DNA from: a virus
Taxonomy: Duplodnaviria > Caudoviricetes
DNA: 64,000 nt
Direction: 5' to 3' (one strand)
IMG/VR virus record: IMGVR_UViG_3300037070_003657
Coordinates: 225 to 64,224 of that record
Positions within the stretch are counted from its first letter, which is position 1. Each line of letters opens with the position of its first letter. Shown here in pieces: positions 36,652 to 45,655 of this stretch. The notes under the pieces are model-generated. The model was not told the DNA's origin and did no database searches. It was given only the letters and a program-made list of their open reading frames with translations. The position numbers and the translations under genes were made by a program.

Positions 36652-38208
36652 GTGGGTGAGCGCTGCGGCTGCGTGTCCCGAGAGTGCACGTGCGGAGTCT
36701 TCGAGGGCGACGGCATCATCATCACCGGGACCGGCAACGAGACCAACCCTCACATCGTCGAGGTAGGACCCACCTCCACCAAGATGGTCGGCGTCCCCTC
36801 GTCCTACGTGGACGTAGTCGTGACCGGTGCGGGTACGGCTCCGTCCCCCTACCTGATCAAGATGAACAAGAGCCTGCTCTCCCCGCCTGCTGCCCCCATC
36901 GCGGTCCGGACCTTTCTCGCCGCAGGCACCGCCAACATCGTCAAGCCCACCGGCTGCACGCTGGTCGAGATCGTGCTGATCGGCGGCGGCGCCGGTGGAC
37001 AGGGCGGCGGGGGCGACCAAGCCGGGGGCAGGGGTGGGTCCGGTGGCGGCAGGCTGGCCACCACCATCCCAGTGTCCTCGGCGCAGTTCGACTGCACCGT
37101 CCAGGTGGGCAGTGGCGGCACGGGCGGTACCGGTGGCACTGGTGGCGTTGGCTCCGGCAGTGCTGGGGGCGACACGACACTGACGCTGGCCGACCCGGCA
37201 GGGACCTTCTCGTTGAAGGCCACCGGCGCACAGCCTGTCCAGGGTGCGGGCCTCGGCTCCCCTGGGCTGGGCTCGCTCCACGGTCAGCCGATCACCAGCA
37301 GCAAGTACGTCCCGCCGGTGGGCGACCTCCAAGCCGGTGCCGGGGGCTGGGGAGCCACCAGCAACATCCTCACCGGCGGTCCCTCCCGCGCTCCTCGCGG
37401 CGGCGGCAAGCACGCCCAGTTCCTCACCGGCCGGGTCAACCTGATCAAGAACCCCAACTTCGACTACGGCCTGACCGGGTGGCAGAACCGGACCAACGCC
37501 TCTCTTGTCTGGCGCACCAGTGACGGCGCCTCTAGTCCTGGTCCCGGCATCGAGTGCTTGGAGGTGACGGTCGTTGCCAACGGCTTCAGCGAGATCGAGC
37601 AGATCGAGACCGGCCAGAACGCCATCCGCATCATCCCCGGCCAGCCGCTGACGCTCCAGGCCAAGTTCTGGACTGCCAACGCTGGGCGCCAGTGGCGTCT
37701 CGGCCTCGGCTACTTCTCAGCCGCCGGTGTCGCCATCGGCACCTTCGGCGTCAGCGGCTCGATGGCCCAGAACTCCTGGACCATGCCGACGTGGACCCAC
37801 GGGAACGTGCCAGCCGACGCAGCGTACGCACGAGCGCTCATCGGGGTGGACCTCGGCCTGGCCGGTGAGACGTGGAGGCTCGACCACGTGTTCCTGGAGC
37901 AGGGAGCCGTGTCTCCCCTCGACTACTTCGACGGCGACTTCCCCAACTCCGGCACCATCACCTACGACTGGGCTGGGGCCAACGCGGGTGGCAGTCCCAG
38001 CACGGCCTACTCCGAGGACGTGAGCAAGACGCTCGCCGCACGGGGTGGCGGGATCGGTGGCGACGGCGGCAACCTGAACGGCCCCGGCTACAACGGGAAC
38101 GGTCCCGGTGCTGGTGGTGGGGGTGGTGGGGGTAGCACCTCGCCTGGCGTGGCCGGAGGTACCGGCGGACGTGGTGGCGACGGCGCTGCCTGGATCATCT
38201 TCTACTGA
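36652..38208 (+). CDS. glycine-rich tail fibre protein with CBM-like insert
   Basis: CGC...CTC N-terminus; NLIKNPNFD...YFDGD carbohydrate-binding-like module. Confidence 0.8.
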   Translation: MGERCGCVSRECTCGVFEGDGIIITGTGNETNPHIVEVGPTSTKMVGVPSSYVDVVVTGAGTAPSPYLIKMNKSLLSPPAAPIAVRTFLAAGTANIVKPTGCTLVEIVLIGGGAGGQGGGGDQAGGRGGSGGGRLATTIPVSSAQFDCTVQVGSGGTGGTGGTGGVGSGSAGGDTTLTLADPAGTFSLKATGAQPVQGAGLGSPGLGSLHGQPITSSKYVPPVGDLQAGAGGWGATSNILTGGPSRAPRGGGKHAQFLTGRVNLIKNPNFDYGLTGWQNRTNASLVWRTSDGASSPGPGIECLEVTVVANGFSEIEQIETGQNAIRIIPGQPLTLQAKFWTANAGRQWRLGLGYFSAAGVAIGTFGVSGSMAQNSWTMPTWTHGNVPADAAYARALIGVDLGLAGETWRLDHVFLEQGAVSPLDYFDGDFPNSGTITYDWAGANAGGSPSTAYSEDVSKTLAARGGGIGGDGGNLNGPGYNGNGPGAGGGGGGGSTSPGVAGGTGGRGGDGAAWIIFY

Positions 38209-38218
38209 GGAGGACAAC

Positions 38219-39136
38219 ATGGCTCGATGCTGCGGGGGTTCTCCTCGTACCAACATCGAAGGTGGGCAGAACATCCTGGTCACCGGGATCGGGACGCTCG
38301 ACGACCCGTTCGTGATCGCCACCGACCTGTCGATGCTGGCACTCGACAACGACGTGTTCGACGTGACCATCGGCGGGTCCGGCACCATCGCCTCGCCGTG
38401 GACCATCGGCGTGGCGTTCGCTGCCACCGCTGACCTGAACGACCTGCCCGACGTGGACGCACCCACCCCGACCAACGGCCAGGTGCTCGCCTGGAACGCC
38501 GGGGCCGGGCTGTGGCAGCCGGTCGCTCCCACCACCGCCGCCGCTGGCTCCGTCATCCACAACACCTCGCTCACCGGTGACGGCTCGGTCGGCTCCCCTC
38601 TCGCGGTCGCTGTCGACGCGGCCCGGTACATCCAGTCCACCGCCTCCGGCGTGGGGATCAACGACGCCGGGATCAACCAGTTGGTGCGCACCTTCGCCGA
38701 CGACGCCGCTCGCACCGCAGCCACCATCGCCCCAGTGCTCAACACCCTGTCCGTGGTCAACACCAGGCCCGGCCGGGTGGACCACTGGAACGGCTCGGCG
38801 TGGGTGCAGATCGACGACGCCCTGGAGTTCGACGGCGCTGCCCACGAACTGGTGCAACTCTCGGGCGCATACGCAAACAGCCCGCTCACGATGGTGGTCC
38901 GGAAGTTCTCCGGTACCACCGACGCGAACGGGCTGCTGACGGTGCTGGACTCAGCGACGCTGAGCGGTCGTGCGGGGGTGCTGTCGGCCACGGTCTCACC
39001 GACTGGGGCTGTGGCCTACAACGTGTCTCTGACGCCTGGTGTCAACTCGTTGGCAGTCACCGCCCGTAGAGTTGACGACGGAGTCCTGCTGGCGAACCAG
39101 ACGATCACCGGCCAGGTCACCGCGTACGTCTACTGA
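38219..39136 (+). CDS. tail fibre / minor tail protein
   Basis: SD GAGGAGG; MARCCG, GIGTLDDPFVI, LNDLPDV..PTNGQVLAWN. Confidence 0.8.
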   Translation: MARCCGGSPRTNIEGGQNILVTGIGTLDDPFVIATDLSMLALDNDVFDVTIGGSGTIASPWTIGVAFAATADLNDLPDVDAPTPTNGQVLAWNAGAGLWQPVAPTTAAAGSVIHNTSLTGDGSVGSPLAVAVDAARYIQSTASGVGINDAGINQLVRTFADDAARTAATIAPVLNTLSVVNTRPGRVDHWNGSAWVQIDDALEFDGAAHELVQLSGAYANSPLTMVVRKFSGTTDANGLLTVLDSATLSGRAGVLSATVSPTGAVAYNVSLTPGVNSLAVTARRVDDGVLLANQTITGQVTAYVY

Positions 39137-39144
39137 GAGCAGGG

Positions 39145-39411
39145 GTGACGGTTGTGGAATGGCTCGGCGTGCAGGACCTCACCGCCAAGGACTACTTTCT
39201 TGCGCTACCGTGGCTGTTCATCATCCTCGGGAGGCTGGTTCCTCATTCCAGGGTGAGGGAGGTATGGGACTTGTACTACAAGTCCGAGGCAAGCAGGGAG
39301 CGTGGCGTCGCCGCGATGGAGCGCGGGGCTGACGCCATCGAAGCGACCAACCGTCTGGTCAAGTCCACCCTCGCTCCCATCGAGGAGCGGGCACATGAGC
39401 CTCGTCAGTGA
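39145..39411 (+). CDS. membrane protein (holin-like)
   Basis: one TM followed by ILGRLVP and a coiled tail. Confidence 0.6.
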   Translation: MTVVEWLGVQDLTAKDYFLALPWLFIILGRLVPHSRVREVWDLYYKSEASRERGVAAMERGADAIEATNRLVKSTLAPIEERAHEPRQ

Positions 39412-39601
39412 GTTGTGGCACAAGGTGTTCCGGACGAGCACAGAGGTCGAGGCTGCTCGTAAGCGGATCGAGTTGGACGACGCCCGGATCAGCATCCAGG
39501 CCGAGCGCATCGAGAAGGGCACCAGTGCCCTGGAGAACAGAGTTGACCGCGTGAACCACATCTCGGCTGCGGTCGAGGCGATGTTGAAGGGGCACCGATG
39601 A
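39395..39601 (+). CDS. hypothetical coiled-coil protein
   Basis: SD GAGGAG; ends in ...NHISAAVEAML, as in lysis-cassette neighbours. Confidence 0.6.
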   Translation: MSLVSELWHKVFRTSTEVEAARKRIELDDARISIQAERIEKGTSALENRVDRVNHISAAVEAMLKGHR

Positions 39602-39972
39602 ACGCCGAACTCATGGGGGTCGGCACGCTGCTGCTGATCCTGGCGGTGATCCCGGCCTACGGGGTTCTCTGGGAACTCCACCAGGTGCCGTGGAACAAAG
39701 GACCCTACCGGAAACTCGGCAGGGTCCTTTTCAGCAAGTCGGCCGTGATCGTCCTCATCCTCACACTGTCGACCGTGGGCGCGATACTGCTGATCTTCGG
39801 CCACGGACGACCGCTGTGGTACGAGGTCATCCGGCTGTGCGCTTTCGCGCTGATCATCCCGGTCCTCTACTGGCAGTGGTACGTCTACCGGCGCACCCGG
39901 CTGGCGGGACTGGCTGAGCCAGCCACCCACCGGGCCGACGACGACGACGTGTCAGGCCACTTCACTCACTGA
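39598..39972 (+). CDS. membrane protein (holin-like, 3 TM)
   Basis: three hydrophobic segments; last rightward gene of the tail operon. Confidence 0.65.
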   Translation: MNAELMGVGTLLLILAVIPAYGVLWELHQVPWNKGPYRKLGRVLFSKSAVIVLILTLSTVGAILLIFGHGRPLWYEVIRLCAFALIIPVLYWQWYVYRRTRLAGLAEPATHRADDDDVSGHFTH

Positions 39973-40258
39973 GGACGGCGTCCACCTCGGCCAGCGGGAA
40001 CTCGTCCACGTGGTCGGCCTCGACGCCGGGCACGAACGTGACGTGCAGGCGCTCCTTCAGCAGGTGCGTCTCCGCGATGCGCGGGTCCTCGGCTGCCTCC
40101 AGGATGGGAGCCAGCCACTTGCTCGACCCCTTGTCGAACGAGATGGTGCGGTAGGTGTCGAACCCGTCCGGGTCACCCTCGTTCTGGAAGGTGGCGGACT
40201 TGCGCTCGGCCTGCACCTGGGTGATCAGTTGGGTGGCGGCGTGCGGGATGCGGGACAT
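39962..40258 (-). CDS. hypothetical protein
   Basis: SD AAGGAG; terminal gene of the leftward arm. Confidence 0.7.
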   Translation of the reverse strand: MSRIPHAATQLITQVQAERKSATFQNEGDPDGFDTYRTISFDKGSSKWLAPILEAAEDPRIAETHLLKERLHVTFVPGVEADHVDEFPLAEVDAVLSE

Positions 40259-40261
40259 GGT

Positions 40262-40615
40262 TCACTCCTTGCGAAACGGTTGGTCTGAGAATAGTGCGGT
40301 GTCCTCGAACGGTGGGGCTTTGCGACCGAGCCGGGTGTCGAGTTCGTCGGCCAGTTGCAGCCAGATTCTCTGGTCCGCCTCGGAGCAGCCGGGCTCGTCG
40401 GCCTGCTTGCGGTAGTAGTCCGCCTGGCTGGCCAGCGGTGGCGTCCTCGACTGGAGGTGGGACCTGGCCCGCTCCACCTGCTGGGCGTGGGCGACCAGGA
40501 AGTCCTCGGCCTCCTGGCGGTTGGGGTTCCACAGCCCGGCGGCACCGCACGAGCACTCCCCCCGGTACTTCTCGTGCAGCCCCAGCATGTTGACCGAGCC
40601 CTCGTGGTAGCCCAT
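40262..40615 (-). CDS. hypothetical protein (CSCG...H)
   Basis: TGATG-coupled. Confidence 0.65.
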   Translation of the reverse strand: MGYHEGSVNMLGLHEKYRGECSCGAAGLWNPNRQEAEDFLVAHAQQVERARSHLQSRTPPLASQADYYRKQADEPGCSEADQRIWLQLADELDTRLGRKAPPFEDTALFSDQPFRKE

Positions 40616-40800
40616 CACGCGCTCTTGATGAGGAAGCCAGGCTCCTCGCAGTAGATGCAGCGAACAGGCTGGGAGGTCTGGCCCTGGAAGTGGGTGATGA
40701 GTGAGGACGCCCAGCGACCGGCGAAGTGCCAGCCCTCCTGCTCGTCGGCCCACCACTTGTCGGACCACTCGTGTCCCTTGGGGTTGGTGCAGTTCTTCAC
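40615..40800 (-). CDS. small Zn-binding protein
   Basis: C....GHEW...CIYC. Confidence 0.55.
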   Translation of the reverse strand: MKNCTNPKGHEWSDKWWADEQEGWHFAGRWASSLITHFQGQTSQPVRCIYCEEPGFLIKSA

Positions 40801-41084
40801 GATTCCTCCATGTCTTCGAGCACCATCTTGATGGTGTCGTCGTCGAGGTCGAACAGCGTCACCTCACCGGACAGCACAATGTGGATGCCGGTGAGGATCA
40901 GCACAGCACGGCGAGCGCGGTCGTTGTGGTAGGCGGGGTCGTCCTCGGTGAACTCCTCCACCCCCACGAGGAGGCTCGGCTGGTCGTCCCGCATGATCCG
41001 CAGCGCAGCCATCATCGAGGCAGGCTGGTGGCCAGCGGCGAAGACGGCTGGCTCGTTGAGCAGGGGGATGACGAGGTTGCTCAC
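40797..41084 (-). CDS. hypothetical protein
   Basis: GTGA-coupled with SD AGGAGG. Confidence 0.6.
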   Translation of the reverse strand: MSNLVIPLLNEPAVFAAGHQPASMMAALRIMRDDQPSLLVGVEEFTEDDPAYHNDRARRAVLILTGIHIVLSGEVTLFDLDDDTIKMVLEDMEES

Positions 41085-41443
41085 ATCTCCTCCTTCGGCC
41101 AGGCGGGGTCGTCCCCGAGCACGATCTGGGCGACCTTGCCCTGGGTCACGGTGACGCCCTGCCGGAGGTCCTCCTGCTCGGCGTCGGGCTCGTCCCACTT
41201 GGCGTTCGTCAGGTCGGCCTGGCAGTACAGGTTGCCCGGCATCAACAGCGTGACCTCCCCCGTGATGGCGCCCGTCTCCTCACGGCGGATGTTGTCGATC
41301 CGGCCGATCACGTGGGTGCCGCCGCTGGTGGTGTTCACGACCACCGGCAGGGGCTCGTCCCAGGTGAGGGCACCGTGCAGAATCTGCCGTCCGCTGTCGC
41401 TGGTGGGCTTGCCCTCCCAGATCAGCACTCGTCTACTTGTCAC
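41081..41443 (-). CDS. hypothetical protein resembling the N-terminal part of the capsid protease region
   Basis: LIWEGKPTSDSGR...ALTW..PLPV...VIGRIDNIRR parallels LAPEGIPSGDKR...ALRTRPLPLP...TVARIDRIVR in 6917-9103. Confidence 0.6.
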   Translation of the reverse strand: MTSRRVLIWEGKPTSDSGRQILHGALTWDEPLPVVVNTTSGGTHVIGRIDNIRREETGAITGEVTLLMPGNLYCQADLTNAKWDEPDAEQEDLRQGVTVTQGKVAQIVLGDDPAWPKEEM

Positions 41444-41636
41444 GCTGTCCTCCTCCTTCGATCATGCAGTTGTGGTGTGCCGGGGTGGCGGGGGTGTAGC
41501 CGTGCGTGTCGAGCGTCGCCAGGTCCATCTCCTGGATCGCGTCGATCAACTTGCCCTGCTCGACGTAGGCCACGCCGTCCACCACCAGGTCGGCGGCACC
41601 GACCGAGGTCAGCCCTCGCAGTCTCTGGTCACTCAT
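41433..41636 (-). CDS. hypothetical protein
   Basis: SD AAGGAG directly after a palindrome. Confidence 0.6.
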   Translation of the reverse strand: MSDQRLRGLTSVGAADLVVDGVAYVEQGKLIDAIQEMDLATLDTHGYTPATPAHHNCMIEGGGQRDK

Positions 41637-41645
41637 GGTTGCTCC

Positions 41646-41659
41646 TTTATCCGGATAAA
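41646..41659. repeat. TTTATCCGGATAAA palindrome
   Basis: between the stop of the exonuclease and the SD of the next gene. Confidence 0.95.
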
Positions 41660-41661
41660 CG

Positions 41662-42603
41662 TCAGCGAATCTTCTTGATCTCCAACTTGTCGTGCGCCCT
41701 GCGCACACCGGGTGCCGTGAGGGCCTCGTTGACGTGGACCCACCGGATGGTGAACTCGCCGGTCGATCCCTTGATCCCCTCCAGGTGGCGCTTCGCCTGG
41801 TCCTTCAACTTGGTCCCCTCCCGCACCATGTCCATGCCCTCGGTGTACGCCTGCACGTGGTCGATGATCGAGGGGTCGGTGATGAGGCCCTGGGCGTCGG
41901 TGTCGAACGCCCGGCAGACGGTGAAGAACCCGCAGGTCACCGCGCACATCTCGCGCGGCGGCTCCTTCCGGGCCTCCTCGTCCTGGGTGTAGGCGTACAC
42001 CACGTCATCGAGCCACTCCGCTGCCAGCCGCACCTGCTCGGGGTCGTACGGCTCCATCTGGACGTGCCCGTACTTGTCGATGGCGGCACGGTCCAGCCAG
42101 AAGTTCGCCACCCGGATGTCCCCCAGCGGGATGTCCCCGAACAGCCCCATGTCGTGCGCCGCCTTGGCGTAGCCGTGGCGCTGGAACTGCTGCTGCTGGG
42201 ACGGACCCTGACGGGCGATGGTGCCCAGTCCGTAGTCGGTCTTCACGTCCAGCAGCAGACCGTCGTCAGCGAGGATCACGTCCGGGTGCCCGGACAGCCG
42301 GTAGGTGCCGTGGTCCCCCTCCAGGGTCAGCGACACCTCCCGCTGTACGAGCGCGTTGGGGTAGGCAGCGGCGATGGCCACCTCGACCCCCTCCCCCAGC
42401 CACGTCCCGATGAACGCCGCCAGCAGGTCGGTGTCCTCCGGCACCTGGCGGTCGATCATCCGGCGCATCCGCTCCGAGCAGAAGCCCAGGTCGGAGACGC
42501 CCATCTTGAACTCCGAGGACTGCTTGCTCCGCACGGAGTAGCGGGACGACGCCATGACAGCGTCGTAGATGTCATCGGCCAGGAGTTGCTCTTCCTCGTT
42601 CAC
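41662..42603 (-). CDS. Cas4-like PD-(D/E)XK exonuclease
   Basis: G.SDLG.C, GHPD...DVKT, Q...Y, C...C.F...C Fe-S pattern. Confidence 0.85.
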   Translation of the reverse strand: MNEEEQLLADDIYDAVMASSRYSVRSKQSSEFKMGVSDLGFCSERMRRMIDRQVPEDTDLLAAFIGTWLGEGVEVAIAAAYPNALVQREVSLTLEGDHGTYRLSGHPDVILADDGLLLDVKTDYGLGTIARQGPSQQQQFQRHGYAKAAHDMGLFGDIPLGDIRVANFWLDRAAIDKYGHVQMEPYDPEQVRLAAEWLDDVVYAYTQDEEARKEPPREMCAVTCGFFTVCRAFDTDAQGLITDPSIIDHVQAYTEGMDMVREGTKLKDQAKRHLEGIKGSTGEFTIRWVHVNEALTAPGVRRAHDKLEIKKIR

Positions 42604-42764
42604 CGGAGCACCTCCAGCGCCTCGGGGTGACGCTCCAGGAACCAGCCGTACATCAGGTACAGCATCTCCACCGCCCCGAAGTCGCGCAGTTGGGCGCAGT
42701 TCTTCACGTCCTCCTGCACCGTCTTCTCGTGTTTGCGGTAGAACCGCGTGTCGTTGCTGTTCAC
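42600..42764 (-). CDS. hypothetical protein
   Basis: GTGA-coupled at both ends. Confidence 0.5.
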   Translation of the reverse strand: MNSNDTRFYRKHEKTVQEDVKNCAQLRDFGAVEMLYLMYGWFLERHPEALEVLR

Positions 42765-43369
42765 TCGTCGTCTCCCTTCACGATCTGGGCCAGCGTCTGG
42801 CCGGTGTCTGCTGCCAGCCGGTACTCGTCGAGCAGTGCGTCCAGCGCGTCCCAAGGACCGTAGACGTCCAAAGGACCGCTCAGGTCCTCCGCGTCACGGT
42901 GAGCCTTGATCCACGCCTCCACGGCGTCCCCACGATGGGGCAGACCGGCCCCCCTGGCTGCACAGGGCTCGATCTCCCGGCCGTTCACGTACTCGGGGAG
43001 CACGTACACCTTGCAGCGGTCCCGACGCTCTGAGAGGCGGGCGATGGACCCAGCCTTGTGCAGGTTCGACAGCGCACCGCTGGCCTGGCCGTGGTGCCAG
43101 CCCTCCAGGTAGGCCAGTTCCTTCCAGGTGAGCCCGGCCTCGCCGTACCTGTTGAGCGCCATGAAGGTCTTGGACTGGCGAGCGCCGGTGACACCTGTGC
43201 TGTCGTCACGACGGGCACGCTCGGCGCTGGTGTCGGTGCCGGAGTACCCGGACGACGGGTTGGTGGTGCCGTACGGCAGGACCGGTTCGCCAACGTGCAG
43301 GTAGGGGGCCTGGGTGCTGGGGATGACCTCCAGCGAGGGGTCCTGTTCGGAGTGTGGGGTGTGAGTCAT
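42761..43369 (-). CDS. winged-HTH DNA-binding protein
   Basis: GLTWKELA...HHGQASGALSNLHKAG.I. Confidence 0.7.
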   Translation of the reverse strand: MTHTPHSEQDPSLEVIPSTQAPYLHVGEPVLPYGTTNPSSGYSGTDTSAERARRDDSTGVTGARQSKTFMALNRYGEAGLTWKELAYLEGWHHGQASGALSNLHKAGSIARLSERRDRCKVYVLPEYVNGREIEPCAARGAGLPHRGDAVEAWIKAHRDAEDLSGPLDVYGPWDALDALLDEYRLAADTGQTLAQIVKGDDE

Positions 43370-44064
43370 GACTGCACCGTCTCTGTGTGGTCGGGGTTGG
43401 GTTCCTCGATCTCGGTCTCCTCGATGACGGTGCCACCGAGGGTGGCCTGGATGTTCGCCACCTGCTCCTCGGTGCGCTTCTCCTCGGAGACCACCACGCC
43501 GTCCGGCTTGACCAGCGTCTGCTTGATCACGTCGGTCTTGGCACCGTTGTCGTAGAGGGACAGCCCGAACTGCGTGCCCCAGTTGATGGCGCACCGCTTG
43601 GTGGCGTCGGACGCCGCCGTCTTCAGCGCGTTGTCGTGGTGGTCACCGAGCATGGAGGCGGGACCGCTGGCGCTGCCCACCGCTGCCTCGGAGTGGGTGG
43701 CGATCTCCCGGCCCTGGTTGTCGCGGACGGTGAGCATCATCTTGGCCATCCAGACGACCTCGACCATGTCCTTGCCTGCGTCGTTCAGGTAGGGCCGGGT
43801 GGCCACGTGCTCCTGCTCCAGCATGTTCAGGTCCCAGTTCCCGAACCCGAAGATGCGGGTGAGGTGGGCCTTCACGTCCCACGCCTCCAGGTAGGAGAGC
43901 GTCTTGCCACCCTGCTGCCGGGTGGCGACCCGCGCTGAGCGCAGCGGGTTCATCAGGTAGGCGTACTGCTCGGCGGTGATGGTGCCCGAGGAACGGTAGC
44001 CAGCGTCCCAGGGGAACGGCTCGTGACCTTCCTGGTTCTCGGTCTCGGGGGTGGTGTCAGTCAT
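43366..44064 (-). CDS. Rad52/Rad22 (Sak-like) single-strand annealing protein
   Basis: LSYLEAWDV..HL.RIFGFGNW, ALKTAASDATKRCA..G.QFGLSLY. Confidence 0.9.
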   Translation of the reverse strand: MTDTTPETENQEGHEPFPWDAGYRSSGTITAEQYAYLMNPLRSARVATRQQGGKTLSYLEAWDVKAHLTRIFGFGNWDLNMLEQEHVATRPYLNDAGKDMVEVVWMAKMMLTVRDNQGREIATHSEAAVGSASGPASMLGDHHDNALKTAASDATKRCAINWGTQFGLSLYDNGAKTDVIKQTLVKPDGVVVSEEKRTEEQVANIQATLGGTVIEETEIEEPNPDHTETVQS

Positions 44065-44080
44065 GTGATTGCTCCTTCGG

Positions 44081-44094
44081 TTTATCCGGATAAA
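44081..44094. repeat. TTTATCCGGATAAA palindrome
   Basis: just upstream of the Rad52-like gene SD. Confidence 0.95.
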
Positions 44095-44170
44095 CGATGC
44101 TGCCGGTCGGCTCCGACACATCTCTTGATCTTACTGCAAACTCCCCTCTCAGGGGATAGTCTTCTGTGCT

Positions 44171-44449
44171 ATGTCACTACTGAACCTGAGCAAGGCCCCG
44201 AAGGACCCCGCCCTGCGTATCGTCTGGCTGGCCGGTGTGAACGCCAAGGTCCGTGAGGAACTGGACGCTGCGCTGGCTGACGCCTACTTCGAGGTGCGCC
44301 TGCACGGCCAACTCGAAGAGGTCCTCGCCCTGGGTCTCCACTCCCGCAAGCGGGTGTTGGCGTGGACCCGTCAGGAGAACGAGCGCCGAGGCCGGGTGGT
44401 CCGTTGGGGTGACGGACTCGACCCGACCTCCAGCGCCTACTCCGACTGA
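44171..44449 (+). CDS. hypothetical protein, lone rightward gene in the right arm
   Basis: 92 aa ORF filling a gap; TAGTCT -10-like box 8 nt before the ATG (leaderless?). Confidence 0.65.
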   Translation: MSLLNLSKAPKDPALRIVWLAGVNAKVREELDAALADAYFEVRLHGQLEEVLALGLHSRKRVLAWTRQENERRGRVVRWGDGLDPTSSAYSD

Positions 44450-44587
44450 CCCAGTCCGGGCGGAATGGGGCGGGACTCTGCCGTCACCTGACCGGCATGG
44501 AGAACCGTGTGCGACACCCGGACCCACCCGTATCCCCACGGCTCACCCTTGAATCGCTCCTCGCGGGCAATCGGCAACTCCGGTACG

Positions 44588-44839
44588 TCATTCTCGGCGG
44601 TCATGGGCGGGTCCCGCTGGCGGAATGACGCGGGTGGAGCGCATCTCCAGCCAGGGCCTTAGCCACTCGGCTTGCGTCTCCCCTGGCTGGCGCAGACGCT
44701 CGGGCACCACACCCGATGCGCCCTGGCTCACCTTGGCCGCGCCTCGCGCTTCGGCGCGGACGGCAACCGACTCGCTCACCTCCTCGCCATCGATGAAGTA
44801 GCGCATGTCTGGCGCGTCATAGTCGGCGGGCTGACTCAT
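44588..44839 (-). CDS. hypothetical protein
   Basis: ATGA-coupled. Confidence 0.45.
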   Translation of the reverse strand: MSQPADYDAPDMRYFIDGEEVSESVAVRAEARGAAKVSQGASGVVPERLRQPGETQAEWLRPWLEMRSTRVIPPAGPAHDRRE

Positions 44840-45048
44840 CGCAGGTCCCGCTGGTGAGTGGTGCCGCACAGCGGACAGGTCCACTCCGCGATCCCAGCGT
44901 GGACGTAGGTCTGCTCGGTGACGAGCCCGTCCCAGGGACAGGTGTCGAACGACACCGCTGTCACGCCCCTCGGACTGACGACGTTCACCGTCACATCCTC
45001 GGCACCGCACTCGACCTCAATGGTCCGCTCTAGTGGAGACACACTCAT
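44836..45048 (-). CDS. Zn-ribbon protein
   Basis: C...C.W.G...WTCPLCG. Confidence 0.6.
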   Translation of the reverse strand: MSVSPLERTIEVECGAEDVTVNVVSPRGVTAVSFDTCPWDGLVTEQTYVHAGIAEWTCPLCGTTHQRDLR

Positions 45049-45314
45049 ACGATCTTCCTCACTTCCTCGGTTGGTAGGTGCCACTGGTCTGCGAAGTCCC
45101 TGATGAAGATCAGGGAATCCTTGGCCGGGCGGTGGCCGCTCACCTTGAACGGCTGCGTCTCCCCGTCCGGCGGGTACAGCAGGATGTGCTGCCCGTCGAT
45201 CAGCCGGTACTTGATGCCGCACACCTCGACCAGATAGATCAAGGTGCGCGCCACCTCCTTGTCGAACCCCCGCAGATGTCGACGGGACAGCCCTATCGGT
45301 GCTCGTGAACTCAT
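45045..45314 (-). CDS. HicA-like fold small protein (tentative)
   Basis: helix, then G.KYR...GQHILLYPPDG...V.GH pattern. Confidence 0.4.
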   Translation of the reverse strand: MSSRAPIGLSRRHLRGFDKEVARTLIYLVEVCGIKYRLIDGQHILLYPPDGETQPFKVSGHRPAKDSLIFIRDFADQWHLPTEEVRKIV

Positions 45315-45655
45315 GGTTCCTCCTCTACTCGGACCACCTGCTGGTCGCAGGTGAGTCGGACCAGCCCGTGTTGGCTGGCCGTGACCGGGATGGTGCCGGG
45401 CTCGGCCACCGAGCGCAGGACGATGAAGCCCAGCGCTCGGGACTCGAAGGGGTGGTCGTGCACCCAGTCGTGGCAGGGGTCGCACATCCACACCCCGTTG
45501 CAGGTGCAGTGGGTGTGCTGGTCCCTGACCCGGCGTCCCCGCCGGTGGTGCCACTGCCCGTGCCTGGTCGGTGTGCCACAGCGGCAGCACTTCAGGTAGT
45601 CACGGACCTGGACAGCGGCACGCTGCACGGCGGGGATGCCCTTGGTCGGCTTCAC
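45311..45655 (-). CDS. HNH endonuclease
   Basis: RD..KCCRCG...WHHR...N...CDPCH.WVH. Confidence 0.85.
   Translation of the reverse strand: MKPTKGIPAVQRAAVQVRDYLKCCRCGTPTRHGQWHHRRGRRVRDQHTHCTCNGVWMCDPCHDWVHDHPFESRALGFIVLRSVAEPGTIPVTASQHGLVRLTCDQQVVRVEEEP

Noticed and set aside
41662-42603. CRISPR-Cas system suggested by Cas4-like gene and repeats
   Set aside because: Stand-alone Cas4-like exonucleases are common in phages; no cas1/cas2, and the repeats are dispersed or coding, not a repeat-spacer array.
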